This document shows positions 45,031-59,591 of a DNA stretch of 64,000 nt, piece after piece. Both the position numbers and the translations under genes were made by a program. The notes beneath the pieces were generated by a model. It had not been told where the DNA came from and did not search any database. It saw only the letters and a list, made by a program, of their open reading frames with translations. The first letter of the stretch is position 1. Each line of letters starts with the position of its first letter. Location of the stretch: NCBI RefSeq assembly GCF_009914755.1, contig NC_060947.1; one strand, 5' to 3'. This DNA is from the human T2T-CHM13v2.0 reference genome, Homo sapiens.

Positions 45031-46202
45031 CGACAGTATATATTAGTATTTGTATAATTCCATTTCCTGAGCAGTTTTGAGTAAAGTAAATCATGAATCT
45101 TTGAATTTATGCCTTTTCTTATCTGCTTTATCTTTAATCCTTATTTTTCTTCTTATAGAATATTGAGACATAAATATTTAAGTGTAAAATTTTCATCATA
45201 AAAAAGGCAGAAGTTTGAAAATATGTTGCAAATTGAAATTAGACTTTAACAAAGTGTATTGTTAAGGATAACAATAAAAAATATTTTACTCCGCACGTTA
45301 GTAATATCTGGAAGCTCAAACATCAAACAGTATTTATAGTATTCATCCTGATCCCTTCGTTAATGGCAAGTGAGACTGAGCATAGCAACTGTTGGCCTAA
45401 GACCATACATTTTCATTTTTCAGTAAATATTAACTTCATAAATGAAATTATTGGCTCCCCACGTTTCCCATGTAAAGTATCATATGGCATGTACGTTTGA
45501 ATATCCAGCTTCAAAAGTTACTAATCAATAAAATTGAAAGTAGCAATGTTGCAATAGAAGCATCAATTCAGTGAGTTTTCAAAGAAGCTCACAGATTTAC
45601 TGTTTGTGAAACTCACATTTTCCATCTGTTTTCTAGGAAAAAGTTATCCCAGACAGACAAATTAGATCCTGGTAGCTGAAATGATCTTAAAGCTGTCAAC
45701 TACTATAAGCAGTAAGTCCCAAATGGTGGGTGAAGGGTGGTACAGTATCCTGGTATCTATCAAAGCTATCTCTAATTTATTTTTTTATGGGCAATGAGGA
45801 ATGCCACTTAATCTTGGAACGCTTTTTTCTTGTTTTTCTCCATTACATATAAATAACATTGCATTTGGAAAATAGCTCAATTATCCAGTTGTAAGAATAC
45901 AATTGAACTATAGATTCTCTCTCCTTACATCTCTTCTTCTGCCAGCTTTTGCTTTTTTCTCAATTATTCCTGCTTCCCTCCTTTTCCTCCCATTCATCCT
46001 CTTTATCCCTCTTTGGAAACTGTGCCTCCTATAAAAGATGGGGCCAAAATGCTAAAGAAAACACGCTTTGTCTAAATCTGCATGCCACTAATATCCGGAA
46101 GCTGAAACATCAAACAATATTTATCGTATTCATCCTCCTGATCCCTTCATTAATAGCAAGATCATTGCCATCAGTATTTTGTGTCACAAAAACCATCTGC
46201 TT

Positions 46203-47146
46203 TGTATTACTTTGCTCAGGCTTACATAACAAAGAACCATAAACTGGGAAGCTTAAAAAACAGACATTTATTTCTCACAGTCCTGGAGTCTGGAAGTCCC
46301 AGAGGAAGGTGTGGGTGGGGCTGGCTCCTCCTGAGGCCTCTCTCCTGGACTTGCCTACACCGTCTTCTCCCTGTGTCCTCACAGGGTCAACCTTCTGTGT
46401 GTGTCTGTGTCCTCATCTCCTCCTCTTATGAGATGTCTTAGTCCATTTCAGGCTGCTATCACAGAATACCATAGACCGGGTGGATTATAAACAACAGACA
46501 TTTATTCTCTCACAGTTCTGGAGGCTGGAAGTCTGAGATAAAAGTGTGAGCAAGACTGGCTCCTCCTGAGGCCTTTGTCCTGAGCTTGTAGACTCCATCT
46601 TCTCCCTGTGTCCTCACCAGGTCGTCTCTCTGTGTGTGTCTGTGTCCTCATCTTCTCTTCTCATAAAGTGTATTAGTCCATTTCAGGCTCCTACAACAGA
46701 ACACTGTAGACTGGGAGGCTTATAAACAACAGACATTTATTGCTTGCCATTCTTGAGGCTTGAAATCCAAGTTAAAAGCATGGCGGATTCAGCGTCTGGT
46801 GAGGCCCCACTTCCTGGTTCATAGACGGCACCTTCTCATGGGTCCTCACATGGTGGAAGGGGCGAGGGAGCTCTCCGAGGTCCCTTTTGTAAGGGTACTC
46901 ATTCCATTCATGAGGCTCTTCTTGAGCCCTGGGAGTAAGAATTCCAACGTTGAATCTTAGGGGGACACAAACATTTAGACGATACCATAAGGCCAAGAGT
47001 CGTATTGAATTAGGGTCCAGCCTAATGACCTCATGTAACTTAATTACCTCGTGAAAGACCCAATCCCCAAATACAACCATCTTCCATGGCACTAGGAATT
47101 AGGACTTCAGCATATGAATTTCTAGGGACAGAATTCAGCCCATAAT
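46203..47146 (-). mobile_element. MLT1B-like tandem units fused to an MLT1A-like LTR
   Basis: Repeated ~235-bp units ending tgtgtgtgtctgtgtcctcatct; MLT1A-like part ~46670-46987; MLT1B 5' part to 47146. Confidence 0.8.
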
Positions 47147-47216
47147 AAGTTCCTTCACCAACCATGTTATCATCCTTGCTCCCTAGAACTCAGACATACA
47201 TCTACCCACCCACACC

Positions 47217-47220
<4 letters not shown>

Positions 47221-47269
<49 letters not shown>
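47221..47269. repeat. (CA)n microsatellite, ~24 units
   Basis: Perfect CA run. Confidence 0.98.
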
Positions 47270-47272
<3 letters not shown>

Positions 47273-47561
47273 TCCAAATGTCCATTGGGATACATAGGAC
47301 CTCTCAAGTTAGTGATATTCTTTTTTAGGTTTGGAGATTCTAGCTGCATTCACAATTGAAGCTCACTCCATCCTCTGGGATATCTTGATTTAAGATGGTC
47401 ACCAAACCAGTAACACTACAGAGACTGTTGTGACATTTGCAAATGCTTGTAGACACCTAACGGCCAGTTCCTCTTTTTATTTTATTTTTCTAAGTAGTTT
47501 ATTATTTCTAAGTATTATATGGTATATACATTTGAATATCAAGCTTCAAAAGTAACTAATC

Positions 47562-47908
<347 letters not shown>

Positions 47909-49068
47909 TCAGTTATTTCTCAAAATAGCCTCACAGAATTCTTTGTCTGTTCAACTCACATTTTCCACCTTTGTTTCTAGGGAAAGGTTATCCACATGAA
48001 AACCAAATACCAAATGTTCTCATTTAAAATTCTTTAAATAAATTTGATTGTGTATATGTGAGGTTTACAACATGCTGTTATGGGATACATATAGATATTA
48101 TTAAAATACAAATGTAATATATCCATCCTCTCACATGGTTTTTTCCATGTGACGAGACTGCATTAGGGATGTCTGTGCCTTATGGTTTATGATGGTGAAG
48201 TTAAAGCCACGTGGGCTCTCCATGAATTCCAGGTGGAGACAGGGCAGCCATGAAGAAGTCACAGTCGATGAAAAACTACCCTGCTAGAGGCGCCTGTTTT
48301 CCAGAAGTCAGTCATTCTGCTGCCTCCACTCTTGGGCAATACTTTTCAAAAGGATAACATTCCATAAGAATGAAAATACATGTGGGCTTTCTGTATTTTT
48401 AGAGTCCTATTGAAAAATTTAGGAAGTCTGGAAAGCTAATTCTCTGTCTGATCAGCTAATGATTGTGTAGGATGTGAGCATGGACACAACTACGCATTTG
48501 TAACTCTCATCCCTCCCACATTCCAGAAGGCAATCCACATTTTGGACAGAAATTTAAGCAAAATATTTGCCACTAATTGAAGGGCACTCTAAGTATGTCT
48601 TGAGTGCATACCATTGATAATTAATTCCATTTTCAGTTTTATAATAACGATTCTGCATCTAGGTGGCTTGCCAGTTTTAAAGTCTCTCAGGACCCAGCCA
48701 AGACTTTGGGATCAATTACTCTACCAGGGCACCCTCCCCAAGATTATTCTGATGCCCCCTGGAATTCCCAGATGGCCAGAGCTAGAAACGTTAGCCAAAA
48801 GTGGCTCATGTGTCAGAGACTTTCTATTTCCCATTTCTGCTGAGTCCTGTCAATTACCCAGTAAGAGACCATTTGCAAACAGTTTGCACTGAGGTTTCAG
48901 TAAAGTCACCTCTGTGATTTTTTGTTTCCCAAAACAAAGACAGTGGCAAGTAACCTAAGTAAAGCAGTGAATGAGTTCAGGACTGGCTATGCAGTCTGTA
49001 AACAGTTCTCTCTCTGTAAAGATACCACAGACCCTAGCTGTCCTGAGTACAGGGCCACACAAGACCAT

Positions 49069-49691
49069 TGTATGAGTCAGCTGAGGCCATTGTAACAAAG
49101 GTCCACAGACCAGGGGGCTTAAGAAACAGACATTTATTCTCCCACAGTCCTGGAGGCTGGAGGTGTGAGATCAAGGTGTGGGCAGGGCTGGTTCCTCCTG
49201 AGACTTCTTTCCTTGGTTCGTAGACACCGTCTTCTCTCTGGGCCCTCACAGGGTCATCTCTCCGTGTGTGTCTGTGTCCTCATTGCCTCTTCTAATGAGA
49301 TGTCTTAGTCCATTTCAGGCTGCTATCACAGAATAGCATAGACTGGGTGGCTTAAACAACAGACATTTATTCTCGCACAGCCCTGGAGGCTGGAAGTTGG
49401 AGATCAAGGTTTGGGCAGGGCTGGTTCCTCCTGAGGCCTCTCTCCTGGGCTTGTAGATGCCATCTTCTCCCTGTGTCCTCACGTGGTCGTCCATCTGTGT
49501 GTGTCTGTGTCCTCATCTCCTCCTCTTATGAGGACACCAGTCACATTGGATCAGGGTTCACCCTAATGACTTCGTTTTACCTTAATCACCTCTTTAAAGA
49601 CCCTGTCTCCAAATACAGCCACATTTTGATGTCCTGGAGTTGAGGACTTCAATATATGAATTTTAGGGGGATACAATTAAGCCCATCACAT
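49069..49691 (-). mobile_element. MLT1B-like LTR with an internal tandem duplication
   Basis: Two units joined by atgagatgtcttagtccatttcaggctgct. Confidence 0.85.
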
Positions 49692-50379
49692 TTTTTTTCC
49701 TTTCTGACTCAATCCTAGTGGACAGAACAAGGACAGGCTTTCAATAACTTGCCCTGAACTTTTTTCAGAATGGCTGAGATTTACCTGATGAAACAAACCA
49801 ATCTAAGAATATTTCCTCGGGGCTCATTATGTATAAAAAAAGTGGTGCAACCAAAAGCTCAGACTCAAAACACTGGGTTTGAGTCTGACCCTGATCACTC
49901 ACTAGATCATGAGTCCTAAACGGTACACATACATTGTGGATGCCGGCTTCATCACTCTGAAAATAGAGATGTTTCCATCTGCTGGTAGGCTTTTTTCAAG
50001 GATTAAGGATAAAAAGATTGCATCACATGAAATGTGATGTTCATTTTATTTCCTTCTTTTGGAAATGTAAGCTGACATGTGTGTCTTATTACTAAAGATC
50101 TGATGCATCTCCCAGGATCCTATAAGAGTTTACTGTCAAATGGGCATGGCATTATAACACATGTGCATAAACCCACAGGCATGTACATAAACACATAGGC
50201 ATGTACACACACTGTACCGCAAGGTAAAACAACAGCCGTTACTGTAAAACAGTGAGAGACAATAGCCTTACACTCCTCTTGAAATGAATCAATGAATAGA
50301 CATTTGTTATGAAAAGATAGAATTCAAAGGCAATACCAGCCATATAGGAGGTACAGACATAGACACGGACATAATGAAA

Positions 50380-50842
50380 TGTGAAAGAAAACATAAAAAC
50401 TCAGGACCTCAATTCACTCTTCCAAAAGGAAAGAACAAGGTGAAAGTCGAATCATGCAAGAAGATGCCTTTCCTTTCATTCCTAAGCAGATAGCTACAGA
50501 TAAAGGGTTAAACATCTCCACAGGTAGCTACATAAGCTAGGTTCACCTTATGCAAAGTGCTAATTTCCTAAACATGAGACAAATATATGCTTGACTACTG
50601 CCCCTCTTGCTCCCTTTCTCTTGCAATTTCGATTCAGTAATGTGACCATACCTGCCCTTTTTCCCTTCAAGCCCACTTCTCCCCTTTAAACACTGAAGGC
50701 TTCAGAATCATCTTTGGAGAATGGCACAGACCAGAGACTGTTTCTCTGATTCCATGTTTATTCCTTCTGGGCATGTCCTTAACCTTGGCAAAAGAAACTT
50801 CTAAGCTGATTGGGATCTATGTCAAATACTTTTTGGTTTACA
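50380..50842 (+). mobile_element. ERV1 (MER4-group-like) solo LTR
   Basis: tgtgaaagaaaa...ccttaaccttggcaaaa...ttttggtttaca; TSD gaaa on both sides. Confidence 0.75.
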
Positions 50843-51155
50843 GAAACTTGAGCAGGTTTGAGGAATAGAAAATTGTCCAGTCTGCCAGGAACACACAGAA
50901 AATGTGCAAGGAAGAAGTAAGAAATAACACTAGAAGTGGAGGTCATGGTAATACAGTTGGGGATACTGGATGCCCAGCTAAGAAGGTTGTGGAAAATTCA
51001 TGCCTTCCAAGCCATTGAAAGTGATTTGTATTGCTTTGTTGTTGAGAATGAGAACAAGAAAAGCCATGCATTAAGAAAACTTAACCCAATAGCAACATGC
51101 AAGAATGCAGAGAGACCACTTAGATGTCAACTGCAAAAATGGAAATGAAAGCGAG

Positions 51156-52006
51156 TGTATAAGTCTCCTATTTGCTGCTGTAACAAATCGCTACAAACTT
51201 ACTGGTTCAAAACAACACCAGTTTAGTCTGGCAGATATGGAGGTCAGAAGTCTGACTTGAGTCTTAGTGGACTAAAATCAAGGTGTCAGCAGGGCTATGC
51301 TCTACGTTAGGGGAGAATCCTTTTTCTTCCCTTTTTCAGCTTCTAGAGATCTTCTTCCTCCATCTTCAAAGCCTGCAAGGTGCATCTCTCTGTGCCTTTT
51401 TTGGGTAGTCAAATCTCCTTTGCACTCTCTTCTTTCTCCCTCTTCCACTTTTAAGGACTCTTTTAATGACAGTGAATCTACCTGGATATTCCAGGATAAA
51501 ACTCCCACTTTTTAAAGTCAGCCAATTAGCAACTTTTATTGCATCTGCAGCCTTCATTCCCCTTGACATCTAATTAAGTCTGTTAACATGTTCCAGGGAT
51601 TGTGATGTGCACATCTGATATGGCTTGGCTCTTTGTTCCCACCCAGATGTCATCTTGAATTGTAATCTCCAGGTGTTGAGGGAGTGACCTGGTGGAAGGT
51701 GATTAGATCTTGGGGTGATTTGCCCCATGCTGTCTTGTGATAGTGGGTTCTCTCAAGATCTCATGGTCTTATAAGTGGCACTTTCTCCTTTTTGACTGTC
51801 TCTTGCTTGCCACCATTTAGACGTGTCTTGGTTCTCCTTCACCATTCACCATGACTGTAAGTTTCCTGAGGCCTCCCCAGCCATGTGGAACTGTGAATCA
51901 ATTAAACCTCTTTCCTTTATAAATTACCCAGTCTCAGGCAATTCTTTATAGCAGTGTGAAAACACACTAAAACAACATCCTCAGTGAGTGTTATTCTGTC
52001 TACCAC
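51156..52006 (-). mobile_element. MLT1 LTR interrupted by a THE1/MST LTR
   Basis: gctgctgtaacaaatcgctacaaacttactgg...aaaatcaaggtgtcagcagggct. Confidence 0.75.
51616..51974 (+). mobile_element. THE1/MSTA-type solo LTR
   Basis: tgatatggcttggctct...ccatgactgtaagtttcctgaggcctcccc...cactaaaaca; TSD acatc. Confidence 0.9.
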
Positions 52007-52537
52007 TGAGACAAATGTCCTGATTAAGTGAGATTTTCCCAGCCTTCCTGTTTTGAGGTAAGCTTTTTTCTGGCTCTCAGAGGAACCAAACAGGGGCTGG
52101 ACCCAAAAGTTAAAACAGAAATAAAACAGTGCTTCTCAGCATGTAATTCCATCTTTAGCTCATCAGATCTTAGGGCATTTAGCTTGGTGGTAGGCAGAAT
52201 AAGACCCACCAAGGATGTGCACGTTGCAATCCCTGGAACATGTGAATAGACTTGGTTAGACATCAAAGGGGAATGAAGCTTGCAAATGCAGTTAATGTTG
52301 CCGATTGTCTCAGTTTGTGAGCACCGGATGGCTCTCCTTGCAACTGCATCTCTGTCTTGTATTCACTACTGCTATTTCCAGAGGGACCCACTCTTCCTAG
52401 AATGGACTAGGAATGTGTGTTTCCAACCAAGACGCTGTGGAGAGTGCCAGAGAGCACTAAGAATGATACCTGAGACCAGAAGTGAGAGCCAGGGCTGGCA
52501 AATGTACCTCTACCCCAACCCGGAGGAGATGTAAAGA

Positions 52538-53030
52538 CAGTAGTTCACCTCTTATCTATGTGGGATACATTCAAAGACCTCTTCCCCAACCCACTGTGTA
52601 TGCTTGAACCAGGAGATAGTACATAACCCTTTACATACTACGTTTTTTTCTATACAATACATACTTATGATAAAGGTTAATTTATAAATTAGGCACAGTG
52701 AGAGATTAATAGAGGTAACACATAATAAAATGGAACAATTATAACAGTATGCTGTAATGAAGACTATGTGAATGTGATCTCTTTGCTCCTAAGTGAGTAA
52801 CAGGAAGGTAGCATGTACAGCGTGGATGTGCTGGCAAAGGGATGATTCCTGTCCCTGCGGCCACAGAGCAAGATGGCGTGAAACTTCATCATGCTTCTCA
52901 TAACAGCGTTCATTTTACAACTTATGCATTGTTCATTTCTGGAATATTCCTTTTAATATTTTTAGACTGTGGTTGACCGCAGGTAACTGAAACTGTGGAA
53001 AGCAAAACCAAGGATAAGAAGGGGCTACTG
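52538..53030. mobile_element. MER44 (Tigger7-related) DNA transposon
   Basis: TIRs cagtagttcacctcttatc / gataagaaggggctactg; gttgaccgcaggtaactgaaac. Confidence 0.8.
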
Positions 53031-54589
53031 TAATGATTTTAGAAAGTGGGAAAAATAAATTTACTAAGAGAGAATGATACTACAGACAAATTGGCACCAT
53101 GGTGTTATTTTTTTCCAGAAACATCTAGCTCAGGTGAGTTGGTAGGCGGGGTTGAAGTAGAATTGAGGTTGCATCCTGTTATCAGAGAAAGAACCAGAGC
53201 ACTAAAGGTGTTTGCAGGGTAGTATTGTGGTTTCCAACCATGACATTGAAATAAAAGTGGTTTGGTCCATGCGTCTGCACCCAGATGGCACAGTGAAGAC
53301 CCTAGAGAAAGTGAGTTGGAAGGACCCAGAGTCTTGGTGAATTCTGAAAGCCACTATTCCAGATACAGTGATGACAGCAAATGTAGGTATGATCACTGCA
53401 GGGAAGAAATTGAGAGAAGTGAAGATAAGGCGTGTTTGGAGTTCAGTAGGTCAAAGATGACTTAATAGTATCATGCACGAGTTCTATAAACTTCAAACCT
53501 ATTAGAATTTTAATTACCCAACTTGAATATCCTTTGCATGTCGTCATTTTAAAGTTGGCTAAAAGAAGTCATAAAAATAACGTAATGCATTTGTACATTA
53601 CTGGAGAGGGAAGAATCTGTTTTCTTCATTCCTCTGGCATTTGGAGCAGACACAGTTTATGATTTGGCTGTAAGTATATCTTAATATGCATGGAAGAAGA
53701 TATATTTTTCTTCATGAAAATATATAAATTTAAAATGACTGCAGTGACACTTCGGATCACAAAAATACCTTAGGAGGGAAATCTTGTTAAATCATTTTCT
53801 GCTTTTACTTTTTGGTTGTGCCTTCAGAAATAAAAAAAAAATTGGGATAGTTGGGGAGGAAAGGGGCAAAGTCAAGCCAAAAACTAATCAAAAATAGCAA
53901 AGAATGATGAAAATCCAGTGTTTGGATTCCATTTGCAATAAGTGAATGCACATGAACTTTGACACTTCCAGTCTTTGGAGAAATAGTTTTGCTCTCAGTA
54001 TATTTTTAATCCAGGAGGCAACAAAGGCAGGAATGTGTGAATCTGTCTAGTTTAATTCTAGTTTAATTCTTCAAATATAAATAAACCCTGTGGTTACAAG
54101 GAGAGTTTTGGGAGGCAAGTTGCTTCAGGTGGTATAATCAAAATGGAGTGTTATTAAAAGATTAATCACAGTAAATATTTCCTCACAGGATGCAGTAGCT
54201 AAATCTCACTAAGACCAGCAAGTCTGCTAGCATAGGCGTAAATGCCTCCTTCACAGACAAAATTTTGGAGTGCTCAGGGATGCTTAAGGGTGAGCCCAGC
54301 CTACTTTAGTGGTTCCAGGTCAGCCCTGTCAGACTCTGTCTCTTCTTCTCCACCCCCTCATTCATGGATTCCACACCCAGAACCCATCTCAGAAGCAGAA
54401 TCCTGTGCCGTCCCCCAAATCTGACACATGCCCTCCAGAGGCCTTTCATCCATGGGACAGAAATTGAACCCATGTTCCATTAGGACCTTGAGATTGTCTC
54501 ATTTACTTTCTTGCCTGGACTTGGCTCTTTCATTCTACACAAAGCAAAACCATCACTTGGAATCCCCACTGGACCACAAACAATGGATG

Positions 54590-54890
54590 GTTTATCAGTC
54601 TGCTTGAGGCATCATAATAAAATACCCAAGGCTGGGGAGCTTCAACAACAGACATTTATTTTCCCACCATCGTGGAGGATGGAAGTCCAAGATCAAGGTG
54701 TGGGCAAGGCTGGTTGCTCCTGAGGCCTCTCTCCTGGGCTTGTAGACTCCGTCTTCTCCATGTGTCCTCCTGTGGTCGTCCCTCTGTGTGTGTGTGTGTG
54801 TGTGTCCTCATCTCCTCTTCTTATGAGATGTCTTAGTCCATTTTAGGCTGCTGTAACAGAATACCATAGACTGGGCAGCTTAAATAAGAG
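54590..54890 (-). mobile_element. MLT1B-like unit with the tandem junction
   Basis: cttatgagatgtcttagtccattttaggctgct at ~54820. Confidence 0.8.
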
Positions 54891-54892
54891 AC

Positions 54893-55298
54893 AGGCCTGA
54901 GACCCAGGAGAGCCAAGGGTGTGAGTTCCAGTCTGAGTCTGAAGGCCTGAGACCCAGGAGAGCTGAAGGTGTGGGTTCCAGTCCAAGTGGAGAGGCCTCA
55001 GCTCCAGAAGGGCCAATGGTTTGAGTTTTAGTCTGAGAGCAGGAGAAGACTGACGTCCCAGCTCAAGCAGTCAGGTAGAAAGAGTGAATTCTCCCTTCTT
55101 TCTTCTTTTTATTATATTTAGACCTTCAATGGATTAAATCATGCCTATCTACACCTGTGAGGGCAACCTGCTTCACGCAGTCCACCAACTGCTAATCTTA
55201 TCTGCAAACATTTTCACAGACACATCCAGAAATAATGTTTAACTAAATTCTGGGCACTTTGTAGTTCAGTCAAGTTAACCCATAAAGTTAACCACCAC
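54893..55298 (-). mobile_element. MLT2-like LTR fragment
   Basis: Repeated ggcctgagacccaggagagc; cacagacacatccagaaataatgtt...cagtcaagttaacccataaagttaacca. Confidence 0.7.
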
Positions 55299-55330
55299 AT
55301 CAAGATGCCTATTTCATTGAATCTCTGTTA

Positions 55331-55575
55331 TTTCCTTCCTTCTCTTCCTTCCTTCCTTTCTCCTTCCCTTTCTTCCTTCCTTCCTCCCTTTCTCCTTCCC
55401 TTTCCTCCTTCCTTTCTCTCTCCCTTCTATTCTTCCTTCCTCCCTTCCTTCCTTCTTTTCTTTCTTCCTTCCTCCCTTTCTTTCTTCCTACCTTTCTCCC
55501 TCCCTTTCTTCCTTCCTTCCTTCCTCCCTCCATCTCTTCCTTCCTTCCTTCCTTCCTTCCTTCCTTCCTTCCTTC
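55331..55575. repeat. (TTCC)n/(CCCT)n polypyrimidine tract
   Basis: ~245 nt almost entirely C/T. Confidence 0.95.
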
Positions 55576-55828
55576 ATTTCCTCTATAGCTACTAAGCTTC
55601 TACTATGCCTCAGACACCACATTGGGAACATAAGACAGACAGTAACATAGTTCCTGCTCTTGAATCTTTCCAATGCATTCCACAAGAGAGATTTTTCAGT
55701 TTGTGTGTGAGTTTTTAAAATTAGATGTATTTTCTAAAATAAAACCCACGAATTCAGGTTCCGGGTTGGGGGGAGGGGAAGCCATCTGGGTGCACAGAAA
55801 AATAAGGCCAATCTTCTGTTGGCAAGTA

Positions 55829-56257
55829 TGGTTGACCCTCTAACAATATGTGGGTTAGGGCCACTGATCCCCTGCCCAGTCAAAAATCTGCACTTAACTG
55901 TTGGCTCCCCAAAACTTAACTACCAATAGCCTACTACTGATTGGAAGCCTTACTGATAACATAAGCAGTTGATTAACATGTATTTTGTATGTTATGTTCA
56001 TTATATACTGTATTGTTTCAATAAAGCAAGCTAGATAAAAGGAAATCATAATGAAGGGAAAGTATATTTGCTATTCATTAAATAGAAGTGGATCAACATA
56101 AAGGTCTTTATCGTCAATGTCTTCATGTTGAGTAGGTTGACGAGGAGGAGGAAGAGGAGAGGTTGGTCTTGCTGTCTCAGCAGTGGCAGAGGTGGAAGAA
56201 AATCCACATATTAGTGGACTTATGCAGATCTAACCTATGTTGTTCAAGGGTCAACTG
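55829..56257. mobile_element. Tigger2a-like DNA transposon, near complete
   Basis: TIRs ggttgaccctctaacaa / ttgttcaagggtcaactg; TA flanks. Confidence 0.85.
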
Positions 56258-56429
56258 TACAGATAAAGTCATTTCACTTGTTTCCAGCAGGGATCATTCT
56301 GTTTTGGAGATGCTCACATCCTCATTGATCAAGAGCCCAGGATATACTTTGAATCCTCATATTTGCAAAGACTTTGCATAGGATTTCAGAAACCCACAGG
56401 TCCTAGGATTGCAGTGTGTAACAGGATAA

Positions 56430-56621
56430 CCACTAATGGCATGTAGCTATTTAGATTTAAGTGACTTAAGTGAATTAACATTAAATAAAATAAAAAAATC
56501 CAGTTCCTTATTCACCACTAGCCACCATGTTTTCAGTGTTCAATAGCAGCTAGCCAGCTATTGGACTGTGCAGATTATAGCACATTTCCATGACTGCAGA
56601 ATGTTCCGTTGGACAGAACTG
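56430..56621. mobile_element. MER3/MER33-like hAT fragment
   Basis: ccagttccttattcaccactagccac...gctattggactgtgcag...ttggacagaactg. Confidence 0.6.
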
Positions 56622-57005
56622 CTTCATGACCTGGAGTATGAAGGTGAACCCCAGACACCAGGTGAGTGATGTCTGGGTCCGAGAATGTTTAAAGCTCTTC
56701 CAACATGCTCAAGCTTCCTATCTCTAACCTGAGTTTCAGCAAACCAAAACAGATCATGCACAATAGCCCAATTAATGAAGGGAAAGACAGAATTTCCCCG
56801 TCATTGGCCACATGACATCTCCTCATGCTACACCTACAATCTTTGTATTTTACGGGTTTCTATCCATATGCAAGACAGATATTATGGCAAGACATTGGGG
56901 ACAGAACAACCTCCACAGGTCTCCTGTCTCTACTCCTCCTGTCAATGTTTGTTTTGTATTTTTACACTGCCGTGCTCTGTTTCTGGTTTTAAGAGTTCAG
57001 ATAGA

Positions 57006-57325
57006 GGTTAGGCGCTGTGGCTCATACCTATAATCCCAGCACTTTGGGGGGTCGAGGCAGGCAGATTGCTTGAGCCCAGAAGTTGGAAACCAGCCTGGAC
57101 AACATGACAAAACCCTATCTCTACAAAAAATACAAAAATTAGCCAGACATGGTGGTGCGTGCCTATAGTCCCAGCTACTCAGGAAGCTGAGGCGGGAGGG
57201 TCACCTGAGCCTGGGGAAGTCGAGGCTGCAACAAGCCAAGATCATGCCACTACACTCCAGCCTGGGCCCCATAGTGAGACTGTCTCAAAAAAAATTAAAT
57301 CAAATTAAATTAAAAATATTTAAAA
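57006..57325 (+). mobile_element. AluJ-like
   Basis: TSD aagagttcagatag / aagggttcagatag. Confidence 0.92.
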
Positions 57326-57719
57326 AGGGTTCAGATAGATAATTCCTGAAGCTGTTAATACTGGAGGTGAATTCCTGGGTACTAAAGGTCAATGCCTCTG
57401 AGCTATGTCAGCTTAAGTGTGTGGTTTTACCTGGTTAAGCCTCAGCTTCTGCACCCCTTTATCTCCCCGAAAAAAATGGGGATGAAGATAAAAACACTTC
57501 CTGGGGTTGTTGTAAATAGCAAGTATCTAATAGAGCTTTCAGAACACAGCAAGTGCTCAGTAAAAGTTTGATGACACTTTGTAAATACACTTGGTTTTCT
57601 CTATAGGACCTCAAAAACATCCCTGCCAGATTCCTCTCTTTTAAAGAAGAGGAATTTTTCTTTAAAAAAAACAAAAACAAAAACAAAAAAAAAACTCTTA
57701 TTTTTCTTTTTTAAAAAAA

Positions 57720-58616
57720 CTCTTATTTTCAGTACACATGAAGGTTTGCTACATAGGTAGACAGATGTCCATGGGTGATTCTTGTACAGATTGTTTCATC
57801 ACCCAGGTATTAAACTCAGCACCCAATAATTATATTTTCTGCTCCTCTCCCTCCTCCCACCCTCCCCCTTCAAGCAGACCCCGGTGTCTGCTGTTTCCTT
57901 CTTTGTGTTTATAAGTTCTCATCATTTAGCCCCCATTTATAAGTGAGAACATGTGGTATTTGGTTTTCCATTTCTGTGTTAGTTTGCCAAGGATAATGGC
58001 CTCCCGCTGGATCCATGTTCCTGCAAAAGACATGAACTCATTCCTTTTTGTGGCTGCACAGTATTCTTTTTCTTTATCCAATCTGTCATTGACGGGCATT
58101 TAGGTTGATTCCATGTTTTTGCTATTGTGAAGTGTTGCAATGAACATTTGCATGTATGTATCTTTATGGTAGAATGATTTTAATTCCTCTGCTTATATAC
58201 ACAGTAATGGGATTCCTGGGTCACATAGTAATTCTGCTTTTAGTTCTATTTATTTATTTATTTGAGACGGAGTCTCACTCTGCCCAGGCTGGAGCGTAGT
58301 GGCACGATCTAAGCTCACTACAACCTCTGCCTTGCGGGTTCAAACAACTCTCATGCCTCAGCCTCCTGAGAAGCTAGGATTACAGGCACCCGCCACCATG
58401 ACCAGCTAATTTTTGTATTTTTTGAGTAGAGACGGGATTTTGCCATGTTGACCAAGCTGGTCTCGAACTCGTGACCTCAAGTGATCAACCCTCCTCGGCC
58501 TCCCAAAGTGCTGGGATTACAGGCAGGAACCACCACGCCCAGCCTTGAGGAATCACCACACTGCTCTCCACAATGGTTGAACTGATTTACAGTCCCACCA
58601 ACAGTGTGTAAGTGTT
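57720..58616 (-). mobile_element. L1 3' end interrupted by an antisense Alu (58247-58544)
   Basis: ggtttgctacataggta...ataagtgagaacatgtgg...; L1 resumes ttgaggaatcaccacactg after the Alu. Confidence 0.9.
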
Positions 58617-59056
58617 TTGAGAAGAGGAATTTTTCATCAAGAGTCTGATCTGGGTTTTTATTCAATGTTCTGCTTTCCCATTCTTTGCTGATGGATGTGA
58701 GCTAGAGCCAGCTAAAGGTTGTCAGGTAAAAAGAAAAACATTGCCATTGCATTCGCAGAATTTTAAAGGATGCTCGTCACTGAGAGACAAGGTAGAAGGA
58801 TGACATCACACATGAATGCAGTTTTGCAACCTGACCCTGGGTCTTGGAAGCTGCAATTGTTGCAAGTCCCATGTGGGTAGACTAGGAGATAACAGGGCAG
58901 CCAGTTAGTTGTGCAGCATGTCAGCCATGGCTGGTGCTACGAGGGAATACAATTTAAAATGTCATTTGTTAAATTCTGTTTGTTAGGAACCTGGAAGGGC
59001 TCAATTGACACTGTGTCTGAATGGGCATGGATTCTCTTTCATTATAAGAGTATTTT

Positions 59057-59352
59057 GGCCCGGCACGGTGGCTCACGCCTGTAATCCCAACCCTTTGGGA
59101 GGCTGAGGTGGGCGAATCACTTGAGGCCAGGAGTTCAACACTAGCCTGGCCAACATGGCGAAACCCTGTCTCTACTAAAAATACAAAAATCAGCCAGGAG
59201 TGGTGGCATGCGCCTGTAAGCCCAGCTACTCAGGAGGCTGAGGCAAGAGAATTGCTTGAATCTGGGAGGCGGAGGTTGCAGTGAGCTGACATCACGCCAC
59301 TATACTCCAGCCTGGGCAATAGAGCAAGGCCCTGTCTCAAAAAAAAAAAAAA
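59057..59352 (+). mobile_element. AluS
   Basis: Full dimer; TSD-like aagagtattt / aaaagtattt. Confidence 0.93.
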
Positions 59353-59591
59353 AAGTATTTGTAACAGCACAACAAAGATCTCATGAAGCCACCATGATAA
59401 TAATTGTTTGAAAAGAAAGGAATTCACCATATTCCTATTTTAAAGGAATACTTTGACTTTGTTTCTTGAGAAAAAAACAACAGAATTAAAAATAGCACAT
59501 CATAAGGTTAAAACATCACAATACTTTTCTTGGATGGCTGGAAAAATAGATTGCTAAACAAACAAGTTCAAAAATTGTCATTTTGTCCCAT